A program made the position numbers and the translations under genes. A DNA stretch of 64,000 nucleotides from Somniosus microcephalus (lineage: Eukaryota), in contig JBMRGM010000041.1 of assembly GCA_052327205.1 (NCBI GenBank), positions 47,554,001 to 47,618,000 on the forward strand, given 5' to 3'. Shown one piece after another: positions 49,901 through 64,000 of this stretch (position 1 is its first letter; every line of letters begins with the position of its first letter). Under the pieces are notes generated by a model. That model ran no database searches and had not been told where the DNA came from. It saw only the letters and a list, made by a program, of their open reading frames with translations.

Positions 49901-52383
49901 ACTGTCAGAACTCCCTGAGCCCATCATCCCCGGGTTTCACACTGTCTGTTCGCACTGGGCCCATCCTCCCCGGGTTCCACACTGTCTGATCTCCTTGGGC
50001 CCATCCTCCCCGGGTTACACCCTGTCTGATCTCACTTTGCCCATCCACCCCGGGTTACACACTCTCTGATCTCACTGGGCCCATCCTCCCCGGGTTACAC
50101 ACTGTGTCGTCTCACTGGGCCGATCATCCACGGGTTACACACTGTCTAATCTCACTGGTCCCATCCGCCCCTGCTTACACGCTGTCTGATTTCACTGGGC
50201 CCATTCTCACCGTCTCACACACTGCATGATCTCATTGGGTCTTCCGCCATGGTTTTCAGACTTTCTGATCTCACTGGGCCCATCCTCCCCGAGTTACACA
50301 CTGTCTGATCTCACTTAGCCCATCATCCCGGTTTACACAATATCTGGTCTTACTGGGCCCATCCTCCCCGGGTTACACACTGTCTGATCTCACTGGGCCC
50401 ATCCGCTACGGGTTACACACTGTATGATCTCACTGGACCATCCTCCACGGGTTACACACAGTCTGAAATCACAGGGCAAATCCTCCCCTGGTTACACACT
50501 GTCTCACCTCACTGGACCCATCGTCCCTGGTTTAAACACTGTCTGATCTCACTGGGCCTACCCTCCACGGGTTACACACTGTCAGATCTCACTGTGCCCA
50601 TCCTCTGCGGACTGCACACTGTCTGATCTCACTGGGCCCATCCTCTCCGGGATGCACACTGTCTGATCTCACTGGCCCATCCTCCCCGGGTAACTCACTG
50701 TCTAATCTCACTGGGCCCATCCACCCTGGGTTACACACTTTGTGATCTCACTGGGCCATCCTTCAAGGGTTACATATTCTTTGATCTCACTGGGCCCATC
50801 CTCCTCCGGTTACGCACTGTGTGAACACAGTGGGCCCATTCTCTATGGGTTACACACTGTCTGATCTAACTGGGCCCTTCCTCCCCAGGATACACAGTGT
50901 CTGATCTCACGGGGCCCATCCTCCCCGGGTTACACACACTGATATCACTGGGCCCATCCTCCCTGGGTTACACACAGTTTGATCTCACATGGCACATCCT
51001 CCCTGTGTTACACACTTTCTGATCTCACTGGGCCCATCCTCCACTGGTTACACACTGACTGATCTCACTGGGTCCATCCTCCCCGCGTTACTCACTGCCT
51101 GATCTCACTGGGCCCATGTTCCCGTGGTTACACACTATCTCATCACACTGGGCCCATCCTCCTCGGGTTACACACAGTCTGATCTCACTGGGCCCATCCT
51201 CCCCGTGTTACACACTGTCTGATCTTACTGGGCCCATCCTCCACGGGTTACACACTGTCTGAATGCACTGAGCCCATTCTCCCCGGGTTACACACGGTCT
51301 GGTCTCACTGAACCCATGCTCCCCGGGTTACACACTGTCTGATCTCACTGAGCTCATCCTCCCCGGATTACACACTGGCTGATCTCAACGGGCCCATCCT
51401 CCCCGGGTTACACACTATCTGATTTCACTGGACCCGTCATCCCCGGTTCTCACAACGTCTGATCTCACTGGGGCCATCTGCCCCGGGCTACACAATGTCT
51501 GATCACACTGCGTCCATCCTCCCCGGGTTAAAAACTGCCAGATCTCACTGGGCCAATGCTCCCTGGGTTACACACTATCTGATCACACTGGGCCCATCCT
51601 CCCCTGGTTACACACTGTCTGATCTCATAGGGCCCATCCTCCCCGGATTACAAACTGTCGGAACTCACTTGACACATTCTCCCCGGTTTACACACTGTTT
51701 ATCTCACTGGTTCCACCCTCACCCGGTTACACACTGGCTGATCTCATTGGGCCCATCCTCCCAGGGTTACACATTGTCTGATCTCACTGTGCCCATCCAC
51801 CCCGGGTTACACACTGTCTGATATCACTGGGCCCATCCTCCCCGGGTTACACACTGTGTCGTACCACTGGGCCGATCCTCCCCGGGTTACACACTGTCTG
51901 ATCTCACTGGGCCCATCCTCCCCGGGTTACAGACTGTGTCGTCTCACAGGGCCGATCATCCACGGGTTACACACTGTCTGATCTCACTGGTCCCATCCGC
52001 CCATGCTTACACGCTGTATGATCTCACTGGGCCCATTCTCCACATCTCACACATTGCCTGATCTCATTGGGCCCATCCTCCACAGGATAAACAATGTGAT
52101 CTCACTGCGCCCATCCTCCCCAGTTTACTCGCTGTCAGATCTGACTTGGCCCATCCTCCCCGGGTTGCACACTTCCTGAACTCACTGGGACCATCCTCCC
52201 CGGGTTACGCACTGTCTGATCTCACTTGCCCATCCTCCCCGGGTTACACAATGTCTGATCTCACTGGACCCATCCTCCCCGGGTTACACAGTCTGATCTC
52301 ACTGGGCCCATCCTCTACGGGTTACACACTGTATGATCTCACTGGACCAACCTCCACGGTTTACACACTCTTTGATCTCAAAG

Positions 52384-54407
52384 GGCCCATCCTCCCCGGG
52401 TTACACACTGTCTCACCTCACTGGGCCCATCCTCCCTGGGTTACACACTGACTGATCTCACTGGGCCCACCCTCCACGGGTTACACACTGTCTGATCTCA
52501 CTGTGCCCATCCTCCACGGACTGCACACTGTCTGATCTCACTTGGCCCATCCTCACCGGGTTACACACTGTCTGATCTCACTGAGCCCATCCTCCCTGGG
52601 TTACACATTTAATGATCTCACTGTGCCATCCTCAAAGGGTTACACACTCTTTGATCTCACTGGGCCGATCCTCCTCCGGTTACGCACTGTGTGAACTAAG
52701 TGGGCGCATCCTCCCTGGGTTGCACACTGTATGATCTCACTGGGCCCACCTCCACGGGTTACACACTGTCTGATCTCACAGGGCCCATCCTCCACGGGTT
52801 GCACACTGTCTGATCTCACTGGGCCCATCCTCCCTGGGTAACACACAGTTTGATCTCACATGGCACATCCTCCCTTGGTTATACACTGCCTGATCTCACT
52901 GGGCCCAGCCTCCACGGGTTACACACTGTCTGATCTCAAGGATCCATCCTCCCCGGGTTACGCACTGCCTGATCTCACTGAGCCTATGTTCCCGTGGTTA
53001 CACACTATCTCATTACACTGGGCCCAGCCTCCTCGGGCTACACACTGTCTGATCACACTGGGCCCATCCTCCCCGTCTTACACACTGCCTGATCTTACTG
53101 GGCCCATCCTGCACGGGTTGCACACTGTCTGATCGCACTGGGCCCATCCTTCCCGGGTTACACACGGTCTGATCTCACTGGGCCCATCCTCCCTGGGTTA
53201 CACACAGTTTGATCTCACATGGCACATGTTCTCTGGGTTACACACTGTCTGATCTCACTGGGCCCATCCTCCACGGGTTACGCACAGCCTGATCTCACTG
53301 GGCCCATGTTGCCGGAGTTACACACTATATCATTACACTGGGCCCATCCTCCTCGGGATACACACTGTCTGAACACACGGGGCCCATCCTCCCCAGGTTA
53401 CACACTGTCTCACCTCACTGGGCCCATCCTCCCTGGGTTACACACTGACTGATCTCACTGGGCCCACCCTCCACGGGTTACACACTGTCTGATCTCACTG
53501 TGCCCATCCTCCACGGACTGCACACTGTCTGATCTCACTTGGCCCATCCTCACCGGGTTACACACTGTCTGATCTCACTGAGCCCATCCTCCCTGGGTTA
53601 CACATTTTATGATCTCACTGTGCCATCCTCAAAGGGTTACACACTCTTTGATCTCACTGGGCCGATCCTCCTCCGGTTACGCACTGTGTGAACTAAGTGG
53701 GCGCATCCTCCCTGGGTTGCACACTGTATGATCTCACTGGGCCCACCTCCACGGGTTACACACTGTCTGATCTCACAGGGCCCATCCTCCACGGGTTGCA
53801 CACTGTCTGATCTCACTGGGCCCATCCTCCCTGGGTAACACACAGTTTGATCTCACATGGCACATCCTCCCTTGGTTATACACTGCCTGATCTCACTGGG
53901 CCCAGCCTCCACGGGTTACACACTGTCTGATCTCAAGGATCCATCCTCCCCGGGTTACGCACTGCCTGATCTCACTGAGCCTATGTTCCCGTGGTTACAC
54001 ACTATCTCATTACACTGGGCCCAGCCTCCTCGGGCTACACACTGTCTGATCACACTGGGCCCATCCTCCCCGTCTTACACACTGCCTGATCTTACTGGGC
54101 CCATCCTGCACGGGTTGCACACTGTCTGATCGCACTGGGCCCATCCTTCCCGGGTTACACACGGTCTGATCTCACTGGGCCCATCCTCCCTGGGTTACAC
54201 ATAGTTTGATCTCACATGGCACATGTTCTCTGGGTTACACACTGTCTGATCTCACTGGGCCCATCCTCCACGGGTTACGCACAGCCTGATCTCACTGGGC
54301 CCATGTTGCCGGAGTTACACACTATATCATTACACTGGGCCCATCCTCCTCGGGATACACACTGTCTGAACACACGGGGCCCATCCTCCCCGGGTTACAC
54401 ACTGTCT
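52384..54407. repeat. 997-bp tandem duplication (25 monomers)
   Basis: Identical or near-identical ORF-track peptides at 52640/53637, 52860/53857 and 53219/54216. Confidence 0.9.
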
Positions 54408-57400
54408 GATCTTACTGGGCCCATCCTCCACGGGCTACACACTGTCTGATCGCACTGGGCCCATCCTCCCCGGGGTACACACTGTCTGATCTCACTGGGC
54501 TCATTCTCCCCGGATTACACTCTGGCTGATCTCACCGTGCCCATCCTCCCAGGGTTACACAGTATCTGATGTTACTGGGCCCGTCATCCCCGGATCTCGC
54601 ACCGTCTGATCTCACTGGTGCCATCTTCCTCGGAGTACACAATGTCTGTTCACACTGCGCCATCCTCCGCGGGTTAAATACTGCCTGATCTCACTGGGCC
54701 CATGCTCCCTTGGTTACACACTGTCTGAAATCACTGGGCCGATCCTCCCCGGGTTACACACTGGCTGATCTCACTGGGCCATCTTCCCCGGGCTACACAC
54801 TGTCTGAGTACACTGCGTTACAAACTGTCTCATCACACTGGGCCCGTCCTCCCCAGGTTAAACACTGTCTGATCTCAGTGCACTGAACCTCCACGGGTTA
54901 CACACTGTCTGATCTCACTGAGCCCATCGGCCCCTGTTTACACGCTGTCTGATCTCACTAGCCCCACATTCACTGGGTGACTCACTGTATGAGCTTACTG
55001 GGCTCATCCTCCCCGGGTTACACAATGTCTGACCTCATGGGCCCATCCTCCCCGGGTTGCCCACGCTCTGATCGCAGTGGGCCCATCCTCACTGGTTGAC
55101 TCACTGTCTGATCTCACTGGGCCCATCCTCCCCGTGTTACACACTGTCTGACCTTACTGGGCCCATCCTCCCCGGGTTACACACTGTCTGATCTCACTGG
55201 GCTCATCCACCCCGGATAACACACTGGCTGATCACACTGCGCCCATCCTACCCGGATTAAACACTGCCTGATCTCAGTGGGCCCATGCTACCTGGGTTAC
55301 ACACTGTCTGAACTCACTGGGCCCATCCTCCCCGGGTTACACACTGGCTGATCTCACTGGGGCCATCTTCCTCGGGGTATATACTGTCTCATCACACTGC
55401 GCCATCCTCCCCGAGTTAAATACTGCCTGATCTCACTGGGCCCATGCTCCCTTGGTTATAAACTGTCTGAAATCACTGGGTCGATCCTCCCCGGGTTACA
55501 CACTGGCTGATCTCACCGGGCCATCTTACCCGGGCTACACACTGTCTGAATACACTGCGTTACACACTGTCTGATCACACTGGGGCCGTCCTCCATAGGT
55601 TAAACACAGTCTGATCTCAGTGCGCTGAACCTCCACGGGTTACACAATGTCTGATCTCGCTGAGCCCATCGGCCCCTGTTTACACGCTGTCTGATCTCAC
55701 TGGCCCCACATTCCCTGGGTGACTCACTGTATGAGCTCACTGGGCTCATCCTCCCCGGGTTACACAATGTCTGATCTCATGGGCCCATCCTCCCCGGATT
55801 ACCCACTCTCTGATCGCAGTGGGGCCAACCTCAACGGGTGACTCACTGTCTGATCTCACTGGACCGATCCTCCACGTGTTACACACTGTCTGATCTGACT
55901 GGGCCCATCCTCCACGGGTTACACACTGTCTGATCGCACTGGGCCCATCCTCCCCGCGTTACACACTGTCTGATCTCACTGGGCTCATCCTCCCCGGATA
56001 ACACACTGGCTGATCTCACCGGGCCCACCCTCCACTGGTTACACACTATCTGATTTGACTGGGCCCGTCATCCCTGGATCTCACACCGTCTAATCTCACT
56101 GGGGCCATCATCCCCGGGCTACACACTGTCTGATCACACTGCGCCCATCCTACCCGGATTAAACACTGCCTGATCTCACTGGGCCCATGCTCCCTGGGTT
56201 GCACACTGTATGATCTCACTGGGCCCACCTCCACGGGTTACACACTGTCTGATCTCACAGGGCCCATCCTCCACGGGTTGCACACTGTCTGATCTCACTG
56301 GGCCCATCCTCCCTGGGTAACACACAGTTTGATCTCACATGGCACATCCTCCCTTGGTTATACACTGCCTGATCTCACTGGGCCCAGCCTCCACGGGTTA
56401 CACACTGTCTGATCTCAAGGATCCATCCTCCCCGGGTTACGCACTGCCTGATCTCACTGAGCCTATGTTCCCGTGGTTACACACTATCTCATTACACTGG
56501 GCCCAGCCTCCTCGGGCTACACACTGTCTGATCACACTGGGCCCATCCTCCCCGTCTTACACACTGCCTGATCTTACTGGGCCCATCCTGCACGGGTTGC
56601 ACACTGTCTGATCGCACTGGGCCCATCCTTCCCGGGTTACACACGGTCTGATCTCACTGGGCCCATCCTCCCTGGGTTACACACAGTTTGATCTCACATG
56701 GCACATGTTCTCTGGGTTACACACTGTCTGATCTCACTGGGCCCATCCTCCACGGGTTACGCACAGCCTGATCTCACTGGGCCCATGTTGCCGGAGTTAC
56801 ACACTATATCATTACACTGGGCCCATCCTCCTCGGGATACACACTGTCTGAACACACGGGGCCCATCCTCCCCGGGTTACACACTGTCTCACCTCACTGG
56901 GCCCATCCTCCCTGGGTTACACACTGACTGATCTCACTGGGCCCACCCTCCACGGGTTACACACTGTCTGATCTCACTGTGCCCATCCTCCACGGACTGC
57001 ACACTGTCTGATCTCACTTGGCCCATCCTCACCGGGTTACACACTGTCTGATCTCACTGAGCCCATCCTCCCTGGGTTACACATTTTATGATCTCACTGT
57101 GCCATCCTCAAAGGGTTACACACTCTTTGATCTCACTGGGCCGATCCTCCTCCGGTTACGCACTGTGTGAACTAAGTGGGCGCATCCTCCCTGGGTTGCA
57201 CACTGTATGATCTCACTGGGCCCACCTCCACGGGTTACACACTGTCTGATCTCACAGGGCCCATCCTCCACGGGTTGCACACTGTCTGATCTCACTGGGC
57301 CCATCCTCCCTGGGTAACACACAGTTTGATCTCACATGGCACATCCTCCCTTGGTTATACACTGCCTGATCTCACTGGGCCCAGCCTCCACGGGTTACAC

Positions 57401-59675
57401 ACTGTCTGATCTCAAGGATCCATCCTCCCCGGGTTACGCACTGCCTGATCTCACTGAGCCTATGTTCCCGTGGTTACACACTATCTCATTACACTGGGCC
57501 CAGCCTCCTCGGGCTACACACTGTCTGATCACACTGGGCCCATCCTCCCCGTCTTACACACTGCCTGATCTTACTGGGCCCATCCTGCACGGGTTGCACA
57601 CTGTCTGATCGCACTGGGCCCATCCTTCCCGGGTTACACACGGTCTGATCTCACTGGGCCCATCCTCCCTGGGTTACACATAGTTTGATCTCACATGGCA
57701 CATGTTCTCTGGGTTACACACTGTCTGATCTCACTGGGCCCATCCTCCACGGGTTACGCACAGCCTGATCTCACTGGGCCCATGTTGCCGGAGTTACACA
57801 CTATATCATTACACTGGGCCCATCCTCCTCGGGATACACACTGTCTGAACACACGGGGCCCATCCTCCCCGGGTTACACACTGTCTGATCTTACTGGGCC
57901 CATCCTCCACGGGCTACACACTGTCTGATCGCACTGGGCCCATCCTCCCCGGGGTACACACTGTCTGATCTCACTGGGCTCATTCTCCCCGGATTACACT
58001 CTGGCTGATCTCACCGTGCCCATCCTCCCAGGGTTACACAGTATCTGATGTTACTGGGCCCGTCATCCCCGGATCTCGCACCGTCTGATCTCACTGGTGC
58101 CATCTTCCTCGGAGTACACAATGTCTGTTCACACTGCGCCATCCTCCGCGGGTTAAATACTGCCTGATCTCACTGGGCCCATGCTCCCTTGGTTACACAC
58201 TGTCTGAAATCACTGGGCCGATCCTCCCCGGGTTACACACTGGCTGATCTCACTGGGCCATCTTCCCCGGGCTACACACTGTCTGAGTACACTGCGTTAC
58301 AAACTGTCTCATCACACTGGGCCCGTCCTCCCCAGGTTAAACACTGTCTGATCTCAGTGCACTGAACCTCCACGGGTTACACACTGTCTGATCTCACTGA
58401 GCCCATCGGCCCCTGTTTACACGCTGTCTGATCTCACTAGCCCCACATTCACTGGGTGACTCACTGTATGAGCTTACTGGGCTCATCCTCCCCGGGTTAC
58501 ACAATGTCTGACCTCATGGGCCCATCCTCCCCGGGTTGCCCACGCTCTGATCGCAGTGGGCCCATCCTCACTGGTTGACTCACTGTCTGATCTCACTGGG
58601 CCCATCCTCCCCGTGTTACACACTGTCTGACCTTACTGGGCCCATCCTCCCCGGGTTACACACTGTCTGATCTCACTGGGCTCATCCACCCCGGATAACA
58701 CACTGGCTGATCACACTGCGCCCATCCTACCCGGATTAAACACTGCCTGATCTCAGTGGGCCCATGCTACCTGGGTTACACACTGTCTGAACTCACTGGG
58801 CCCATCCTCCCCGGGTTACACACTGGCTGATCTCACTGGGGCCATCTTCCTCGGGGTATATACTGTCTCATCACACTGCGCCATCCTCCCCGAGTTAAAT
58901 ACTGCCTGATCTCACTGGGCCCATGCTCCCTTGGTTATAAACTGTCTGAAATCACTGGGTCGATCCTCCCCGGGTTACACACTGGCTGATCTCACCGGGC
59001 CATCTTACCCGGGCTACACACTGTCTGAATACACTGCGTTACACACTGTCTGATCACACTGGGGCCGTCCTCCATAGGTTAAACACAGTCTGATCTCAGT
59101 GCGCTGAACCTCCACGGGTTACACAATGTCTGATCTCGCTGAGCCCATCGGCCCCTGTTTACACGCTGTCTGATCTCACTGGCCCCACATTCCCTGGGTG
59201 ACTCACTGTATGAGCTCACTGGGCTCATCCTCCCCGGGTTACACAATGTCTGATCTCATGGGCCCATCCTCCCCGGATTACCCACTCTCTGATCGCAGTG
59301 GGGCCAACCTCAACGGGTGACTCACTGTCTGATCTCACTGGACCGATCCTCCACGTGTTACACACTGTCTGATCTGACTGGGCCCATCCTCCACGGGTTA
59401 CACACTGTCTGATCGCACTGGGCCCATCCTCCCCGCGTTACACACTGTCTGATCTCACTGGGCTCATCCTCCCCGGATAACACACTGGCTGATCTCACCG
59501 GGCCCACCCTCCACTGGTTACACACTATCTGATTTGACTGGGCCCGTCATCCCTGGATCTCACACCGTCTAATCTCACTGGGGCCATCATCCCCGGGCTA
59601 CACACTGTCTGATCACACTGCGCCCATCCTACCCGGATTAAACACTGCCTGATCTCACTGGGCCCATGCTCCCTG
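52711..59675. repeat. 3,479-bp tandem duplication (about 87 monomers)
   Basis: Identical peptides at 52860/56339, 53219/56698, 53637/57116, 53857/57336 and 54216/57695. Junction at 56190. Confidence 0.9.
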
Positions 59676-62600
59676 CGTTACACACTGTCTGAACTCACTG
59701 GGCCCATCCTCCCCGGTGACAAACCGTCTAAAATCACTGGGCCGATCCTCCCCGGGTTACACACTGGCTGATCTCACTGGGCCCATCCTCCCTGGGTTAC
59801 ACAATGTTTCGTCTCACTTGGGCCGATCATCCACGGGTTACACACTGTCTGATCTCACTGGTCCATTCCGCCCCTGCTTACACGCTGTCTGCTCTCACTG
59901 GGCCCATTCTCCCCGTCTCACACACTGCCTGATCTCATTGGGCCATTCCGCCACGGTTTTCAGGCGTTCTGATCTCACTGGGCCCATCCTCCCCGAGTTA
60001 CAGACTGTCTGATATCACTGGCCCATCCTCCCAGTGTTACACACAGTCTGATCTCACTGGACACATCTCCCCGGGTTTCACACTGTCTGATCTCATTGGA
60101 CCCATCCTCCACAGGTTCCACAGTCTGATCTCACTGCGCCCATCCTCCCCAGTTTACTCACTCTCAGATCTCAATTGGACCATCCTCCCCGGGTGACACA
60201 GAGCCTGAACTCACTGGGACCATCCTCCCCGTGTTACGCACTGTCTGATCTCACTTGGCCCATCCTCCACGGGTTACACAATGTCTAATCTCACTGGGCC
60301 CATCCTCCCCGGGTTACACACTGTCTGATCTCACTGGGCCCATCCTCTACGGGTTACACACTGTATGATCTCACTGGACCATCCTCCACCGGTTACACAA
60401 TCTTTGATCTCACAGAGCCCATCTTCCACGGGTTACACACTGTCCCACCTCACTGGACCCATCCTCCCTAGGTTACACACTGTCTGTTTCCGCTAGGCCC
60501 ACCCTCCACGTGTTACGCACTGTCAGATCTCACTGTGCCCATCCTCCACGGATTGCACACTGTCTGATCACACTGGGCCCATCCTCCCCGGGTTACACAC
60601 TGTCTGAATTCATTGGGCCCATCCTCCCAGGGTAACACACTCTCTGATCTCACTGGGCCCATCCACCCTGCGTTACATACTTTATGAGCTCACTGGGCCA
60701 TCCTCCAAGGGTTACACACTCATTGATCTCACTGGGCTCATCCTCCTCGGGTTACACACTGTGTGACCTCAGTGGGCCCATCCTCCCCGGGTTAAACACT
60801 CTGATCTCACTGGGCCCATCCTCCCTGGTTTTCACAAAGTTTCATCTCACATGGCACATCCTCCCTGGGTTACACACTGTCTGATCTCACTGGGCCCATC
60901 CTCCACGGGTTACACAATGTCTGATCTCACTGGGTCCATCCTCCCTGGGTTACGCACTGCCTGATCTCACTGGGCCCATGTTCCCGGGGTTACACACTAT
61001 CTCATCACACTGGGCCCATCCTCCTCGGGTTACACACTGTCTGATCTCACTGGGCCCATCCTCCCCGTGTTACACACTGTCTGCTCTTACTGTGCCCGTC
61101 CTCCACGGGTTACACACTGTCTGATCGCACTGAGCCCATCCTCCCTGGGTTACACACGGTCTGGTCTCACTGGATCCATGCTCCCCGGGTTACACACTGT
61201 CTGATCTCACTTAGCTCCTCCTCCCCGGATTAAACACTGGCTGAACTCACCGGGCCCATCCTACCCGGTTTACACACTATCTGATTTCACTGGGCCCGTC
61301 ATCACCGGATCTCACACCATCTGATCTCACTGGGGTCATCTGCCCCGTGCTACACACTGTTGATCACAATGCGCCCATCCTGCCCGGGTTAAACACTGCC
61401 AGATCTCACTGGGCCCATGCTCCCTGGGTTACACACTGTCTGATCTCGCTGGGCCTACCCTTCCCAAGGTTAAAACGGTCTCAAATCACTGGGCCGATCC
61501 TCCCTGGATTACACACTGTCTGATTTCACTGCGCCCATCCTCCCTGGGCTAAACACTGCCTGATCTCACTGGGCCCATCCTCCCTGGGTTACAGACTGTC
61601 TGAACACACTGGGACCATTCTCCCCGGGTTAAACACTGTCTGATCTCAATGCGCCGAACCTCCACGGGTTACACACTGTCTGATCTCACTGAGCCCATCT
61701 GCCCCTGTTTACATGCTGACTGATCTCACTGGCCCCAATCTCCCCGGGTGACTCACTGTATGACCTCAATGGGCCGATCCTCAACGGGTGACTCACTGTC
61801 TGACCTCACTGGGCCCATCCTCCCAGGTTACACAATGTCTGATCTCATGGGCCCATCCTCCCCGGGTTACTCACTCTCTGATCGCACTGAGCCCATCCTC
61901 ACCGGGTGACTCAACGTCTGACCTCACTGGGCCCATCCTCCCAGGTTAAACATTGTCTGATCTCACTGGGCCCAGCCTCCCCGTGTTACACACTGTCTGA
62001 TCCCACTGGGCCCATCCTCGCCAGTTTATACACTGTCTGATCTCACTGTGCCCATCCTCCCCGGGTTTCACAATATCAGATCTCACTGGGCCCATCCTCA
62101 CCGGGTTACATACAGACTGATAGCACTGGACCCATCCTCCCCAGTTACACAATGCCTGACCTCAATGGGCACATCCTCCCCTGGTTACACACTGTCTGAT
62201 ATTATTGATCCCATCCTCCCTGGGTTACTCAGTGTCTGATCTCGCTGGGCCCATCCTCCCCGGGTTAAACACTGCCTGATCTCACAAGGCCCATCCTCCT
62301 CGGGTTACACTCTGTCTGATCTCCATGGGCATATCCTCCCTGGGATACACACTGTCTGATCTCACTTGGCACATCCTCCCCAGGCTACACACTGTCTGAT
62401 CTCATTGGACCCATCCTCCACAGATTACGCACTGACTGAACTCACTTGTGCCATACTCCTCGGGTTACACACTGTCTGATCTCACTGCAACCATTCTCCT
62501 CGTGTTACACACTCTTTGATCTCACTGGGCCCATCCTCCCCGGGTTACACACTGTCTGATTTCACTGGGCCCGTCCTCCCCGGGTTACAGACTGTCTGAA

Positions 62601-64000
62601 ATCCCAGAGCCCATCCTCCCCGGGTTACACACTGTCTGATCGCACTGGGCCCATCCTCCCCGTGTTGTACACTGCCGGATCTCACTGGGCCCATGCTCCC
62701 TGGGTTACACACTGTCTGATCACAATGGGCACATCCTCTCGGGGATACACACTGTCTAATCACACTGGGCCCATCCTCCCGGGGATGCACACTGTCTGAT
62801 CACACTTGGCCCAACCTTCCCGGGTTACACCCTGTCTGATCTCACTGGACACATCCTCACCGGGTTACACACTGTTTATCTCACTGGTTCCACCCTCCCC
62901 CGGTTACACACTGTCTGATCTCATTGGGCCCATCATCCCCGGGCTACACACTGTCTGATCACAATGCGCCCATCCTACCAGGATTAAACACTGCCTGATC
63001 TCACTGGGCCAATGCTCCCTGGGGTACACACTGTCTGAACTCACTGGGTCCATCCCCCCCGGGTTACAAACTGGCTTAAATCACTGGGCCGATCCTCCCC
63101 GGGTTACACACTGGCTGATCTCACCGGGTCGATCCTCCCTGGGTTACACACTGGCTGAGCACACTGGGCCCGTCATCCCCGGATCTCACACCGTCTGATC
63201 TCACTGGGTTCATCTTCCCCGGGTGACACACTGTCTGATTACACTGCGCCCATCCTCCCCGGGCTAAACACTGCCTGATCTCACTGTGCCCATGTTCCCT
63301 GGGTTACACACTGTCTGAACTCACTGGGCCCATCCTCCCTGGGTTACAGATTGTCTGATCACACTGGGCCCATCCTCCCCAGGTTAAGCACTGTCTGCTC
63401 TCAGTGCGCCGAACCTCCACGGGTTAAACACTGTCTGATCTCACTGAGCCCATCTGCCCCTGTTTACACGCTGTCTGATCTCACTGGCCCCAATCTCCCC
63501 GAGTGAGTCACTGTATGACCTCACTGGGCCGATCCTCAACGGGTGACTCACTGTCTGACCTCACTGGGCCCATCCTCCCAGGTTACATAATGTCTGATCT
63601 CATGGGCCCATCCTCACCGGGATACTCACTCTCTGATCGCACTGAGCCCATCCTCACCGGGTGACTCAATGTCTGTCCTCACTGGGCCCATCCTCCCAGG
63701 TTACACATTGTCTGATCTCACTGGGCCCAACCTCGCCGATTAATACACTGTCTGATCTCACTGCGCCCATCCTCCCCGGGTTTCACAATATCAGATCTCA
63801 CTGTGCCCATCCTCACCGGGTTACATACAGACTGATCGCACTGGACCCATCCTCCCCGGTTACACAATGTCTGATCTCAATGGGCACATCCTCCACTGGT
63901 TACACACTGTCTGATATTATTGGGCCCATTCTCCCTGGGTTACACAGTGTCTGATCTCACTGGGCCCATCCTCCCCGGGTTAAACACTGCCTGATCTCAC

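Larger units (their letters stand above)
29972..64000. repeat. 40-bp satellite, right block (about 850 monomers), runs off the window
   Basis: Same consensus and orientation as the left block. Confidence 0.99.

Noticed and set aside
13922-63954. Dozens of ORFs with HWAHPPRVTHCLISLGPSSPGYTLSDLTGPILPGLHTV-type repeats
   Set aside because: These are translations of the 40-bp satellite cycling through three frames, broken by the recurrent TGA. They are not zinc fingers or mucin.
13640-64000. CRISPR-like array
   Set aside because: Contiguous monomers with no unique spacers, no cas genes, and a vertebrate context.
13640-64000. Cryptic V(D)J signal (CACACTG) or telomeric GGGTTA in each monomer
   Set aside because: There is no nonamer at 12- or 23-bp spacing, and the single hexamer lacks TTAGGG tandem context.

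Overview
Vertebrate genomic DNA, most likely from a cartilaginous fish (inferred from the CR1 subfamilies, a HE1-type V-SINE, Penelope-derived repeats and a shark-type NLR gene). Bases 1-13.6 kb hold the 5' part of a minus-strand NLR-family immune gene. Two coding exons splice in phase (9687-9750 and 6829-6995), there are candidate non-coding exons, and the introns are packed with decayed CR1/L2 LINE pieces, a V-SINE, Penelope-like termini carrying minimal hammerhead ribozyme motifs, and 80-bp and 51-bp minisatellites. From about 13.64 kb to the end is a 40-bp satellite (roughly 1,150 monomers) with nested higher-order duplications. It is interrupted by a young 5'-truncated CR1 with an intact ORF2 (26186-29971, minus) and by a 27-bp Penelope-end micro-insertion with a 13-bp target-site duplication. 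The most novel-looking signal is at the CR1 ORF1/ORF2 junction: two overlapping in-frame -1 slippery heptamers (G_GGU_UUA, U_UUA_AAC) sit directly before the ORF1 stop, lead into the open ORF2 frame and are followed by a stem enclosing a G-rich loop. All family assignments are by motif recognition only; no searches were run.
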